A DNA stretch of 64,000 nucleotides from a virus (taxonomy: Duplodnaviria; Heunggongvirae; Uroviricota; Caudoviricetes). The notes below the pieces were generated by a model that worked only from the letters and a program-made list of their open reading frames with translations, had not been told where the DNA came from and made no database searches. The stretch covers positions 40,932 to 104,931 of IMG/VR virus record IMGVR_UViG_3300021400_000113; one strand, given 5' to 3'. Each line of letters starts with the position of its first letter. Position 1 is the stretch's first letter. Positions 37,652 to 47,177 of the stretch are shown here, one piece after another. A program made the position numbers and the translations under genes.

Positions 37652-38149
37652 ATGGAAAGACGCAGTAAGGAGCGAGTATTAAATTTAGAAATTTATACTG
37701 ACGGCTCATTAAAAAAATCTGGTAAAAGTACATTCGGTGGCTGGGCCTTTCTGGTAGTTAAAGATAGTCAACAAATTCATGACGCGGCGGGTAGTGAAAA
37801 AAATACAACTAATCAACGAATGGAATTACAGGCAATTGTAAATGCCCTTGAATACGCGACAACTGCCCGCCGCGAAAATGAAAAGGTGATTATTTATAGT
37901 GATTCTGCCTATGCTATTAACTGCTATCTAAACGATTGGTATGTCACTTGGATGAGTAATGGCTGGGTTAATAGCAAGGGCCAACCAGTGGCTAATCAAG
38001 ATTTATGGTATAAAATTATTCCTTATTTTGATAATTTCTGGTATGAATTTAAAAAAGTGCCAGGCCATGCAGGTAACTACTGGAATGAACGTTGTGATGA
38101 AGCCGCACAAGCGCAAGCGGATAACTTAAAGAAACAATGGCGAGGTTAA
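37652..38149 (+). CDS. ribonuclease H (RNase HI family)
   Basis: LEIYTDGS...TNQRMELQA...IYSDSAYAIN... matches the RNase H catalytic D-E-D motifs. Confidence 0.75.
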   Translation: MERRSKERVLNLEIYTDGSLKKSGKSTFGGWAFLVVKDSQQIHDAAGSEKNTTNQRMELQAIVNALEYATTARRENEKVIIYSDSAYAINCYLNDWYVTWMSNGWVNSKGQPVANQDLWYKIIPYFDNFWYEFKKVPGHAGNYWNERCDEAAQAQADNLKKQWRG

Positions 38150-38150
38150 T

Positions 38151-38471
38151 ATGGATAATGATATTTATGAAGTAACAAGAGATGAATATGTAGGGTTTGT
38201 AAGTGAAATTAAACAAGAATGTAGAGACGTTGAAGTTTCACATTTAGAAGATTGTACAATTATGAAAATTTTAAGTAAAAAAACCGGAACCCATTTTTGT
38301 ACTCGTATCGTTTCAGAAAATGGAGAAGAACATTACTTTATTTTTAATATGCCGTTAGATGAAGAACGACAAGCAGGAAAACCAATTTTAAAAATAAGAT
38401 TAGAATCAAGAGAAGAAGTACAAGCATTTTTAAATGCTTTATCTAAAATCTCTAAGGAGAAAAAAGAATGA
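38151..38471 (+). CDS. hypothetical protein
   Basis: ORF of 106 aa. Confidence 0.45.
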   Translation: MDNDIYEVTRDEYVGFVSEIKQECRDVEVSHLEDCTIMKILSKKTGTHFCTRIVSENGEEHYFIFNMPLDEERQAGKPILKIRLESREEVQAFLNALSKISKEKKE

Positions 38472-38686
38472 TTGAAATTTTTCCCAATATACCACAAGAA
38501 GTAAGAAATTCCGCCGCAATGATGTTTGATTTAGCTTCAATGCAACACAATCCTCTTAAAATGGTACAAATGTTAAATGAATATACCAATACTTGTGAAA
38601 ACGAAGAGGAAATAGAATTCCTTCGTTTTTATTTCAATTTAAGAATGGAGCAGATGAAAAATGAAAGTGATAATGATAAGCGGTAA
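38468..38686 (+). CDS. hypothetical protein
   Basis: ORF of 72 aa. Confidence 0.4.
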   Translation: MIEIFPNIPQEVRNSAAMMFDLASMQHNPLKMVQMLNEYTNTCENEEEIEFLRFYFNLRMEQMKNESDNDKR

Positions 38687-39227
38687 AAGCGGACATGGTA
38701 AAGATGCTTTTTCTAATGCTTTTGAACAATACGGAAAAGAAAAAGGAAATAAAATTATTGTAATTCATTTCGCTGATTTAGTTAAATATTATGCTAAACA
38801 ATATTATAATTGGAACGGCGAAAAGGATAATGATGGACGCCATTTGCTTCAATATATCGGAACCACATTAATGCGCGGGTATCGTTCTGAATATTGGGCA
38901 CAGATTGTAGCCGAATTTCTCGCTGCCGCAAGTAAAGATTTTGATATTGCCTTAATTCCAGATTGGCGTTTTGCGAATGAATTTTACACTGTATCAGAAT
39001 ACAATCCTGAAACTTATACAATTCGTGTTGAAAGACATGATGAAGAAGGAAACTTATACAAAAATCCTAATATGACAGAAGAACAATTAAATCATATAAG
39101 TGAAACTGAATTGGATCATTTTCCTTTTGACTGGAAAGTTATTAATCAAGATACTTTGGAATTTTTAGAAGGCTCAGCCCAAACATTATTTGATGTAATT
39201 ATAAATGGAGAAGATACAAATGATTGA
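38661..39227 (+). CDS. deoxynucleoside monophosphate kinase-like P-loop protein
   Basis: MKVIMISGKSGHGKD N-terminus resembles T4 Dnk (LSGVKRSGKD). Confidence 0.55.
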   Translation: MKVIMISGKSGHGKDAFSNAFEQYGKEKGNKIIVIHFADLVKYYAKQYYNWNGEKDNDGRHLLQYIGTTLMRGYRSEYWAQIVAEFLAAASKDFDIALIPDWRFANEFYTVSEYNPETYTIRVERHDEEGNLYKNPNMTEEQLNHISETELDHFPFDWKVINQDTLEFLEGSAQTLFDVIINGEDTND

Positions 39228-40338
39228 TTATTTTACTAGCGAGCCAATGAAATATTGGTCTATGCCTTCTACAATGTCTTCTTCTGCCCGTAGATTAAAA
39301 TTAGAACAAATGGCAGAAAGTGGAGAATATTTATTCGGACTAAAAACTGATGGCAATTGGTCTCGCGCCATTATCACTAATGAACGTTGCGCCTTACAGA
39401 CCCGCGGAATTTCTAAAACAACTGGAACCTATGGTGAAATTCAAGAAAAAGTTTTATTTTGGAATGAAGTATGTAAAGCCTTTCCTTATGGTACAACTGT
39501 TATACTTGGAGAAATATACCGCGAAGGCGATATTGACAAAGATATTGGCTCTGTCCTAAGATGCTTACCTCCTAAGGCATTAGCGCGACAAAAAGATAAT
39601 CCACTAAGATGGAGAATTTTTGATGTTCTTTGTATTGATGGAAAAGATTTAATGAATATTCCATTTGAAGAACGCATTGGATATATTCCAGAAGTTGTTT
39701 CTCGTATTCATTCCAATTTAGTAGAAGGGGTATCCTATTTTCCTATGGATGAAAATTTCTTTGAAAATATGGGTACAATATTCGCAAACGGCGGTGAGGG
39801 TGCGGTATGCTACAAGCGTAGTGCTTTATATGAACCTGGCAAACGCGGTCCTCATTCTTGGGATAGCGTTAAAGTAAAACAAGAAATTTCCTCTGACATA
39901 GACTGCTTTATTATTTCTACCGTACCCTGTGAAAGAAATTACTATGGTATGGATGTTCCACACTGGCAATTTTGGGAAAATGTAAGAACTGGCGAAAAAT
40001 TATATGGTAATTATTTTGGAGAGTATCAACAAGGTAAAACTTTAATTCCGGTTACAAAAAATTATTATTATAATTGGCCAGCAAGTATTATGGTTGGGGT
40101 ATATAATAATGAAGGTGAAATTGTTGAACTATGTAAGGTGGCGGGCTTAACTGAAGATTTTAAGACTGAGTTACGCGACCATTTTGAGGAATGGTATATG
40201 TGCCCTGTAAGTATTAACGGCATGATGGTCTCTACCGCGCGCGAAAATATTTCTATTCGTCATCCAGTTTTAAAATCAATTAGAAAAGAAGATATAGATG
40301 TACATGATTGTACTCTTGAAAAGATAATGGGAGCATAA
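39205..40338 (+). CDS. ATP-dependent DNA ligase-like protein
   Basis: GLKTDGNWSRAI is a KxDG motif I. Confidence 0.5.
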   Translation: MEKIQMIDYFTSEPMKYWSMPSTMSSSARRLKLEQMAESGEYLFGLKTDGNWSRAIITNERCALQTRGISKTTGTYGEIQEKVLFWNEVCKAFPYGTTVILGEIYREGDIDKDIGSVLRCLPPKALARQKDNPLRWRIFDVLCIDGKDLMNIPFEERIGYIPEVVSRIHSNLVEGVSYFPMDENFFENMGTIFANGGEGAVCYKRSALYEPGKRGPHSWDSVKVKQEISSDIDCFIISTVPCERNYYGMDVPHWQFWENVRTGEKLYGNYFGEYQQGKTLIPVTKNYYYNWPASIMVGVYNNEGEIVELCKVAGLTEDFKTELRDHFEEWYMCPVSINGMMVSTARENISIRHPVLKSIRKEDIDVHDCTLEKIMGA

Positions 40339-40356
40339 GCTCCCACTTTTCTTTTT
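40329..40356 (+). terminator. rho-independent terminator
   Basis: Hairpin gggagcataagctccc followed by a T-rich run. Confidence 0.5.
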
Positions 40357-40368
40357 ATCTATAAACAC

Positions 40369-40397
40369 TTGACAATAATTTAAATTTATGATATAAT
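40369..40397 (+). promoter_or_regulatory. conserved phage promoter copy (TTGACA)
   Basis: ttgaca at 40369-40374 and tgatataat at 40389-40397. Confidence 0.5.
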
Positions 40398-40419
40398 AAA
40401 AGAAAAAGGAGAACATAAT

Positions 40420-40722
40420 ATGGAATTTGAAAAAAGTAAAAAGAATTTTTGGGCAATCTATGAAGGGCTAGAACAACTAGATTTTAATATTGAGGATTGG
40501 ACAGAAATAATTTATGAAGCATCATCAGAAGATGTTTATGCTATGGCAGCGCTAGTAACCGTTCTAAATCATAGATGCTGGTATTGGTATGAAAAAAATA
40601 ATCAAGAACTTTCAGATCTTTATTCAGAATTATATTATAAATATAATGAAATAGAATGGGATTGGTTAGAAGCGAACGGCACAGCTGAAGAAAAAAATTG
40701 GTATTTTGAAACATTGGATTAA
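40420..40722 (+). CDS. hypothetical protein
   Basis: ORF of 100 aa with RBS aaaggag. Confidence 0.45.
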   Translation: MEFEKSKKNFWAIYEGLEQLDFNIEDWTEIIYEASSEDVYAMAALVTVLNHRCWYWYEKNNQELSDLYSELYYKYNEIEWDWLEANGTAEEKNWYFETLD

Positions 40723-40737
40723 TTTTGGAGGTGTAAA

Positions 40738-41607
40738 ATGGATAAATCCCCATTTAATTATGTTGGTAATAAATTTAAATAGTTACCGCAACTATTTTAG
40801 ATTTTCCCTACAGATATAAATAATTTTGTAGATTTATTTACAGGAGGAGCAGACGTAGCTACTAATATGATTTCACACGCTAATATCATATATGCTAATG
40901 ATATAAATAAATTTACAATAGATATAATGAAAGTTTTTTAGGAGAAATCAATTAATGAAATATTAAGGTTTATAGATAATCGTATAGCAGAATTTCAATT
41001 AAGTAAAACCAATAAAGAAGGATATTTAAAATATAGAGAATTATATAATAATGGAACTTATTCAACTCCATTAGATTTATTTACTTTAACACGATTTAGC
41101 TTTAATAATAATTTACGTTTTAATAATAATTGTTAGATGAACCAAGCCTTTGGAGCTAATCGTTCTTCATTTAATCCAGCTATGAGAAAAAATACAATTA
41201 AATTTCATAAAAATATTCAATCAATTATTTTATCATGTCAAAGTTTTGAACTATTTTCAATAAATAATTTAAATTCAAAAGATTTTATATATGTAGATCC
41301 TCCTTATTTAATTTCAGACGCTTATTATAACGTCGGCGCGAAAAATGCTGAATTAAGATGGGAACAAAAAGATGATTTAAAATTATTTGATTTTTTAAAT
41401 AAAATCAATGACAAACAAATTCCTTTTGCTATGTCAAACTTTATTCATCATAAAGGAAAAACAAATGAAAAGCTTATAGAATGGATAAATGATATGAAAT
41501 TGAATACTTATGATATTAATTCTGATTATTCTCATTGCATAGCAAATATAAATAAAAATGATAATCCTACACTTGAAGTAGTAGTGACTAATTATAAAAA
41601 GGAGTAA
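40738..41607 (+). CDS. Dam-like N6-adenine DNA methyltransferase with four in-frame TAGs
   Basis: ATG at 40738 is in frame with ORF 41137-41607. N-terminus FNYVGNKFK-[TAG]-LPQLF...FVDLFTGGADVA is a Dam SAM-binding motif. DPPY catalytic motif at YVDPPYLISD. Confidence 0.65.
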
Positions 41608-41613
41608 AATTAT

Positions 41614-41802
41614 ATGAATAAACAAAAATATGATAAGGCACAAGTATGGGAAGATATAATAACAGAATATTTCAATCGTCATCCTGATGCTGGCCTTGCT
41701 TGGTGGCAGCTTCCACTAGAAGAACAGCCCGAAGAATTTAAGGTACATATGTATGATATTATTTGGACATTTTTAAATAATAAGGAGGAAAATAATAAAT
41801 GA
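41614..41802 (+). CDS. hypothetical protein
   Basis: ORF of 62 aa with RBS aaaggag. Confidence 0.4.
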   Translation: MNKQKYDKAQVWEDIITEYFNRHPDAGLAWWQLPLEEQPEEFKVHMYDIIWTFLNNKEENNK

Positions 41803-42353
41803 AAATTTATTTAGCTGGTTCAATTTTTTATTATGGTGATGTACTTCGTAACACAGAATGGGCTAAAAAAATCCGTGAAGCAATTCCAAATGTAGATTTA
41901 TATAGCCCTATTGAAAATACAGCTATAAATGGAACTGAGGGGAAAAAGAAATTTGCGGGCTCACAAGAGATTGCGAATGGAGATAATATTCGTCTAAATA
42001 ATACAGATATTCTTGTGGCTTGTATTGATGGCGATATTCTTCCAGCAGGCACTTGCGCTGAAATTGGGAAATTTCACGAAAAAATTGAACGCGGCGATCA
42101 TAAATATATTGTTGGAATTTGTACTGATAATAGGCAAATGTTCTTAACTCACAGTGAAGCAAAAGATCAAGGCGGTGCGGCGGCACTTGGAGAACAGCAA
42201 TATAGTTATCAAAATTTATATGTTACAGGATTAATTAAACAAGGTGGTATTTTAGTATCAAATATTGATGAGGCTATCGAATTTATTAAAGGTAAAGAAT
42301 ATGAATTTAATACTGAAAACCCATTAACATATTGCGATCCAATAATTTTATAG
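41799..42353 (+). CDS. nucleoside 2-deoxyribosyltransferase-family protein
   Basis: MKIYLAGSIFY N-terminus is typical of the NDT/Rcl fold. RBS aaggagg. Confidence 0.55.
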   Translation: MKIYLAGSIFYYGDVLRNTEWAKKIREAIPNVDLYSPIENTAINGTEGKKKFAGSQEIANGDNIRLNNTDILVACIDGDILPAGTCAEIGKFHEKIERGDHKYIVGICTDNRQMFLTHSEAKDQGGAAALGEQQYSYQNLYVTGLIKQGGILVSNIDEAIEFIKGKEYEFNTENPLTYCDPIIL

Positions 42354-42371
42354 AAAATTTGTTTAAAAACT

Positions 42372-42602
42372 ATGGCAAAAGGAAAACCTATAATTTATTG
42401 TAATCAATTTTTTGCTAATAAACTAATTAATTCAATATTTAAATATACAACAACTAATAAAATAGAAGAAAAAGAAGAAGAAGAAGAAGAATTAGTAGAA
42501 GAAGGATACATAGGAAAATTTAGAGGAACTCCTGTTTATTTAATAAAACATTTTCCACAAGAAACTCCTTATGCTATTGTATTGCCAATGCTAAAGGAAT
42601 AA
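42372..42602 (+). CDS. hypothetical protein
   Basis: ORF of 76 aa with a Glu-rich stretch. Confidence 0.35.
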   Translation: MAKGKPIIYCNQFFANKLINSIFKYTTTNKIEEKEEEEEELVEEGYIGKFRGTPVYLIKHFPQETPYAIVLPMLKE

Positions 42603-42646
42603 TTCATTTGATGAAATTTTACCAATTTTGAAGGAGCAATATAAAA

Positions 42647-43951
42647 ATGAATAATATGTTATATAATATAAATGATAAACCACAAACTCTAAAAGAATGG
42701 ATTGGTTATTCTTTACAAGTTGTCTTATCTTGTATTACCGCAACACTTTTAATTTGTTTGATTGCAGGTACTAATTTAACCGCAGGTATGTGCGCGGCAG
42801 GTATTTCAACGATATTTTTTCTATTTATTACAAGATTTAGAGCCCCTATTGTAATTTCAAATAGCGGGGCAACAGTCTCCGCGGTCATTGGAGCAATTGC
42901 TCTTACAGAACCCATTCAAAAAAATTTTGCTGGGGTAATTTTAGGTGGTATAGTTATTGCCATTATTTACTGTGTCGCGGCATTATTTATTAAACGATTT
43001 GGCGTGGATTGGATAACCAAATTAATTACACCAGTAATGTCAGGAGCAATTATATTAATTATTTCTATTCAATTAGGATTCTTTATTCCTACTTATGCAC
43101 AAATTAATGGTTCTTATTCTTTACTTGGCGTCGGGATAGCATTATTTGATATGCTAATTACTTTACTTTGTGCTTTTTATGGTAAAGGAATTATTAAACG
43201 TTGGCCTATTCTTTTTGGAGTTTTAGGAGGTTATATTTTAAGTTTAATCTTAACATTAACTAATTTTGCTCCATTAGTAGATTTAACACGTTTTCAAAAT
43301 ATGAAATTAATTACCATTCCTGATTTTGCCTTTTTACACGTTTCATTTAAAAATTTTAATTGGAGTGTTTTACCACAGATTATTATTAGTTTTGCATTAG
43401 TTTCCGCTGCGGCATTAGCCGAACATCTTGGGGATATGATAAATGCTTCTAATATTTGTGGAAGAGATTTCCTGAAAGATCCTAGCTTATCTCGAACACT
43501 CTGCGGCGATGGCTTAGGCTCTTTAATTGGAACGATTATTGGTGCTCAACCAAATACGACCTATACAGAAAACCTTTCTGCTATTCTTATTAGTAAATGT
43601 GCTAGCGTATATATTACATTACTCGCGGCAATAGAACTAATTTTATTAGCATTTTTAGGACCTTTTAACGCAGTACTTCAAGCAATGCCTAATGCAGTAT
43701 TTGCGGGTGCTTCTATTTGCTGTTACGGTATGATTGGCGCGAGCGCAATGAAATATTTAAAACAAGCAAATATTAACTTTGAAAATCAAAAAACCATGTG
43801 GATTTTTGCCATTATGTTAATGGTAGGAACCTCTGGTTTAGCAATTTCTACTGGTCGTCTAAACATTAGTGGTATTTGTCTAGCTATTATAGTTGGTATT
43901 ATTTTGAATGTAGTTTTAAAAGATAAATCTACTGATTTAGAAAATAAATAA
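42647..43951 (+). CDS. NCS2-family nucleobase permease (xanthine/uracil permease-like)
   Basis: 434-aa polytopic membrane protein. N-terminal region ...LKEWIGYSLQVVLSC... resembles uracil/xanthine permeases. Confidence 0.55.
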   Translation: MNNMLYNINDKPQTLKEWIGYSLQVVLSCITATLLICLIAGTNLTAGMCAAGISTIFFLFITRFRAPIVISNSGATVSAVIGAIALTEPIQKNFAGVILGGIVIAIIYCVAALFIKRFGVDWITKLITPVMSGAIILIISIQLGFFIPTYAQINGSYSLLGVGIALFDMLITLLCAFYGKGIIKRWPILFGVLGGYILSLILTLTNFAPLVDLTRFQNMKLITIPDFAFLHVSFKNFNWSVLPQIIISFALVSAAALAEHLGDMINASNICGRDFLKDPSLSRTLCGDGLGSLIGTIIGAQPNTTYTENLSAILISKCASVYITLLAAIELILLAFLGPFNAVLQAMPNAVFAGASICCYGMIGASAMKYLKQANINFENQKTMWIFAIMLMVGTSGLAISTGRLNISGICLAIIVGIILNVVLKDKSTDLENK

Positions 43952-43965
43952 AGGAGATTAAAATT

Positions 43966-45276
43966 ATGGAATTTTTAGAAAAACATTTTCACATTAAGGA
44001 ACGCGGTTCAACAGTTTCTCGTGAAATAATGGGTGGTCTTGTTACTTTTATGGCTATGGCATATATAATCTTCGTTAATCCTTCAATTTTAGGAGCGACA
44101 GGAATGGATTATACTGCTCTAACCCTAGCGACTTGTATTAGCGCCGCAATTGGCACTCTATTAACTGCCTTTATGGCTAATGTGCCTTTCGCACAAGCTC
44201 CTGGTCTTGGTATCAATGCTCTATTTACTTATACTTTATGTATGAAGATGGGTTATACTTGGCAGCAATGTTTAGGTATGACTTTCATCAGTGGTTTAAT
44301 TTTTCTAATCATTACTCTTTCTCCACTTCGTAATAAAATTATTGAAGCCATTCCCGCACAGCTAAAGCGCGCGATTAGTGTTGGTATTGGTATGTTTATT
44401 GCTCTTATTGGTCTAATTAATGCTGGCATTGTAACTGCCAATAACAATCTACTTGACTTAGGAACTATTACTAGCGGCGCAGCTCTACTAGCAATTATTG
44501 GCCTTATTATTACTTCTATTCTACTTGTATTTAAAGTTCGTGGAGCAATTCTATATTCAATTATTGCGACAACTATTATTGGTATTCCTCTTGGAGTAAC
44601 AAATTTAAATGTAACCTTTAATTTCCAAAATCTTTCTCTTGCTCCAACCTTATTCAAGCTAACTTTCTCTGGTCTAGCTGCGTTCGGTATCTTTCCTCTA
44701 ATTACATCTATTCTAACTCTTAGTATGTGCGACTGTTTTGATACTGTTGGTACGCTAACTGGTTGCGCAGCAGGTTGTGATATGCTAGATGAAAATGGTG
44801 AAATGAAGAGCAAAGATATGACTAAGGCTCTAACCGCCGACGCTATTGCTACTTGCACTGGTTCTGTATTAGGCACAAGCACAGTTACTACATTCATTGA
44901 GTCTTCTACTGGTGTAGCTGCGGGTGCTCGCACAGGCTTTGCCTCAATAATTACAGGTGTTCTATTCTTACTTGCTTGTTTATTTGCGCCAATCGCAGGT
45001 ATTGTACCTTCCGCCGCAACTGCTCCTGCACTAATTATTGTTGGTATCTTTATGATGAAGAATGTTACTCAAATTGATTGGAGTGATATGGAAATTGCTA
45101 TTCCTGCTTTCTTAACTATCGCAATGATGCCATTTTCATATTCAATTAGTGACGGTATTGGATTTGGTCTAATTTCTTGGACGTTACTAAAAATGGTTCG
45201 TGGTAAGTTTAAAGAAATTCCAGTTCTAATGTATATACTTTCCGCATTATTTATTCTAATGTATATCGTAACATAA
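43966..45276 (+). CDS. NCS2/AzgA-family purine (adenine/guanine/hypoxanthine) permease
   Basis: FHIKERGSTVSREIMGGLVTFMAMAYIIFVNPSILG is the characteristic N-terminus of PbuG/AzgA-type permeases. Confidence 0.65.
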   Translation: MEFLEKHFHIKERGSTVSREIMGGLVTFMAMAYIIFVNPSILGATGMDYTALTLATCISAAIGTLLTAFMANVPFAQAPGLGINALFTYTLCMKMGYTWQQCLGMTFISGLIFLIITLSPLRNKIIEAIPAQLKRAISVGIGMFIALIGLINAGIVTANNNLLDLGTITSGAALLAIIGLIITSILLVFKVRGAILYSIIATTIIGIPLGVTNLNVTFNFQNLSLAPTLFKLTFSGLAAFGIFPLITSILTLSMCDCFDTVGTLTGCAAGCDMLDENGEMKSKDMTKALTADAIATCTGSVLGTSTVTTFIESSTGVAAGARTGFASIITGVLFLLACLFAPIAGIVPSAATAPALIIVGIFMMKNVTQIDWSDMEIAIPAFLTIAMMPFSYSISDGIGFGLISWTLLKMVRGKFKEIPVLMYILSALFILMYIVT

Positions 45277-45307
45277 GGGTTGAAAATTCAACCCTTTTAT
45301 TTTTTTT
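45277..45307 (+). terminator. rho-independent terminator
   Basis: Hairpin gggttgaaaattcaaccc followed by a T-run. Confidence 0.6.
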
Positions 45308-45334
45308 GACTATTTTTAAAAATTATGCTATAAT
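45306..45334 (+). promoter_or_regulatory. conserved phage promoter copy
   Basis: ttgact at 45306-45311 and tgctataat at 45326-45334. Confidence 0.5.
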
Positions 45335-45363
45335 ATAATTAGAAAGGTATAAGGAGAACGAAT

Positions 45364-45531
45364 ATGTCAATATATAGAATTTATACAAAACGAATTGCTT
45401 ATGAATTAAGAAAACAAGGTTTTAAATTTTTAGGAACAGATATAAATGAAAACTTCCCGCAATATTTAGTCTATTTATTTGAAGATACTCCTGAACTTCA
45501 TGCGGCATTAGTAAAACTCACGCATAAGTGA
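45364..45531 (+). CDS. small hypothetical protein (55 aa)
   Basis: RBS aaggag then ATG at 45364. Stop TGA. Confidence 0.35.
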   Translation: MSIYRIYTKRIAYELRKQGFKFLGTDINENFPQYLVYLFEDTPELHAALVKLTHK

Positions 45532-45544
45532 GGAGGTATCTAAT

Positions 45545-45877
45545 ATGGCAAATATTAATAATTCTCCGGCATTATATATTCGCGGGAAAAAGTGGAGAGA
45601 ACCAAACGAACAGCGCATAAGTGTGGCAGATAGATTATTGGTGGCAATAGGTCAAGAAAAGGGACTAACCGCGAATGATAGACTATTACTAATTTTACTT
45701 ATTGGTCAAACCGATGATCCAACCAAACCTTTTCATCCATCAGAGAAGTGGATTCGTGATAGAACTGGTATGTCACATGATACATATATTTCGCGGCGAA
45801 AAGCACTTGCTGAAAAAGGTATTATCAATTTTATAGAATATGATTCTATTACTGTGAATCTTGATTATTTTGAATAA
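45545..45877 (+). CDS. putative replication initiator / DNA-binding protein
   Basis: RBS gaggagg. HTH-like segment. Iteron array lies immediately downstream. Confidence 0.4.
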   Translation: MANINNSPALYIRGKKWREPNEQRISVADRLLVAIGQEKGLTANDRLLLILLIGQTDDPTKPFHPSEKWIRDRTGMSHDTYISRRKALAEKGIINFIEYDSITVNLDYFE

Positions 45878-45879
45878 GT

Positions 45880-46150
45880 CAGAAAATCCTACCTCTCAAG
45901 AGGTAGGATTTTTAGTCTATATTTTAAGTAGGATTTTCCTACCTGATATAGTAGGATTTTCCTACTTACGATATAGTAGGATTTTCCTACCCACGAGAAG
46001 CCTAAAAATCCTACCTATAACATAATATATAACATAATATATAAACATAATATAACATAAAAAATATTTATAGCACCGCCGAAAAATCCTACCTTCCTTC
46101 ATAATTAGCCGCTTCGCACTTCGTGCTTCGCCGCTAATTATGAAGGCGCA
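45880..46150. repeat. origin-like region: iterons, AT-rich direct repeats and a large palindrome
   Basis: Iteron gtaggattttcctac in at least 3 direct copies plus inverted copies (aaaatcctacct). AT-rich aacataatata repeats at 46015-46070. Near-perfect ~22-bp-stem palindrome at 46100-46150. Confidence 0.5.
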
Positions 46151-46159
46151 AGCGAACAT

Positions 46160-46188
46160 TTGACAAAAAGTAAATTTTATGTTATAAT
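46160..46188 (+). promoter_or_regulatory. conserved phage promoter copy (TTGACA)
   Basis: ttgaca at 46160-46165 and gttataat at 46181-46188. Confidence 0.5.
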
Positions 46189-46207
46189 AAAAGAAAAAGG
46201 TGAAAAT

Positions 46208-46612
46208 ATGAAACTAACTTTAAAAGATAGAATTAAATTTCTATTTCGTAAGCGTTATAGTAATAAATGTAAACTAAGTACGCGCGGCAACTATATGGTT
46301 TATTATTTAATTCGTAAATATATTAATGAAGAAAAAATTGATACCATTCAGGCTTATGAAGAACAAGTTGATAACTGCTTGAAAGAAATTAATGAAATGA
46401 AGTTTTTTGAAACAGTAACAAAAGAAAAACCTGAATATCCAGATACTCCTGAAATTCGTAGAGTTTTTGCCGCGACATTAGTTATAAATATAATACTTAA
46501 AACTGCTATTCCAGAGGATAAAGAAAAAATATTATCTTATATTTCTGAAGAAAAATATAAAAAAGATATATTAGAAATTCAACAAAAATCTGACTGGATA
46601 AAATTTATATAA
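46208..46612 (+). CDS. hypothetical protein
   Basis: RBS aaaggtg then ATG at 46208 (MKLTLKDRIKF...). Confidence 0.4.
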   Translation: MKLTLKDRIKFLFRKRYSNKCKLSTRGNYMVYYLIRKYINEEKIDTIQAYEEQVDNCLKEINEMKFFETVTKEKPEYPDTPEIRRVFAATLVINIILKTAIPEDKEKILSYISEEKYKKDILEIQQKSDWIKFI

Positions 46613-46625
46613 GAGGTGATATATT

Positions 46626-46913
46626 ATGAAAACTATTATTCGTGGCCGTGACAGCGGAAAAGCAAAAGAATTATTAGAATATGCTCAACAAAATGATGCT
46701 ATGATTATTACTCAAAATAAAAGAGCATTTAAAGTAAAAGCAGAATCATTAGGATTTAAAGATATTGAAATTATTGATTATGAAGATTTACAATATGATA
46801 ATTATGATGATAATAAACCAGTAGTAATTCACAATGGTGATAAAATGTTATATTGGCTTATTTCTCAAAAATATGGCCTTGAAACTATTGGTTTTACCGC
46901 GACGGAGGTTTAA
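46626..46913 (+). CDS. small P-loop-like protein (paralog of 48061-48354)
   Basis: MKTIIRGRDSGKAKELLEYAQQN parallels MLRIIGTRGSGKTTQLLRYAAEN. Confidence 0.45.
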   Translation: MKTIIRGRDSGKAKELLEYAQQNDAMIITQNKRAFKVKAESLGFKDIEIIDYEDLQYDNYDDNKPVVIHNGDKMLYWLISQKYGLETIGFTATEV

Positions 46914-46915
46914 AT

Positions 46916-47116
46916 ATGTTTGAAGTAGATGAATATGTAAAAATAGATAAACCATTTTTTAAAGATGGAAAAATCAGTATAAACGTAAACACAGATAAAG
47001 AAAAAATTGAAGAAGACGTAGATACATTAAAACATATTCTTTATAAATTATATAAATTATTTGGAAGAAAAATAATTCTTGTTATAGATGAAAATGGAGT
47101 AGAATTATATCAATAA
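46916..47116 (+). CDS. hypothetical protein
   Basis: ORF of 66 aa. Confidence 0.4.
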   Translation: MFEVDEYVKIDKPFFKDGKISINVNTDKEKIEEDVDTLKHILYKLYKLFGRKIILVIDENGVELYQ

Positions 47117-47117
47117 C

Positions 47118-47146
47118 TTGACTTTTTATTAAAGTTAAAATATAAT
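47118..47146 (+). promoter_or_regulatory. conserved phage promoter copy
   Basis: ttgact at 47118-47123 and tataat at 47141-47146. Confidence 0.5.
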
Positions 47147-47177
47147 ATATATAGAAAAAAGAAAGGAAGTAGGAGTT

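Noticed and set aside
44253-44933. 226-aa minus-strand ORF
   Set aside because: Antisense to the well-supported purine permease gene 43966-45276. Arg/Pro-rich antisense artefact.
45880-46070. CRISPR array
   Set aside because: Repeats are short iterons with inverted copies and variable spacing, and the AT-rich units are tandem without unique spacers. The pattern is an origin, not CRISPR.
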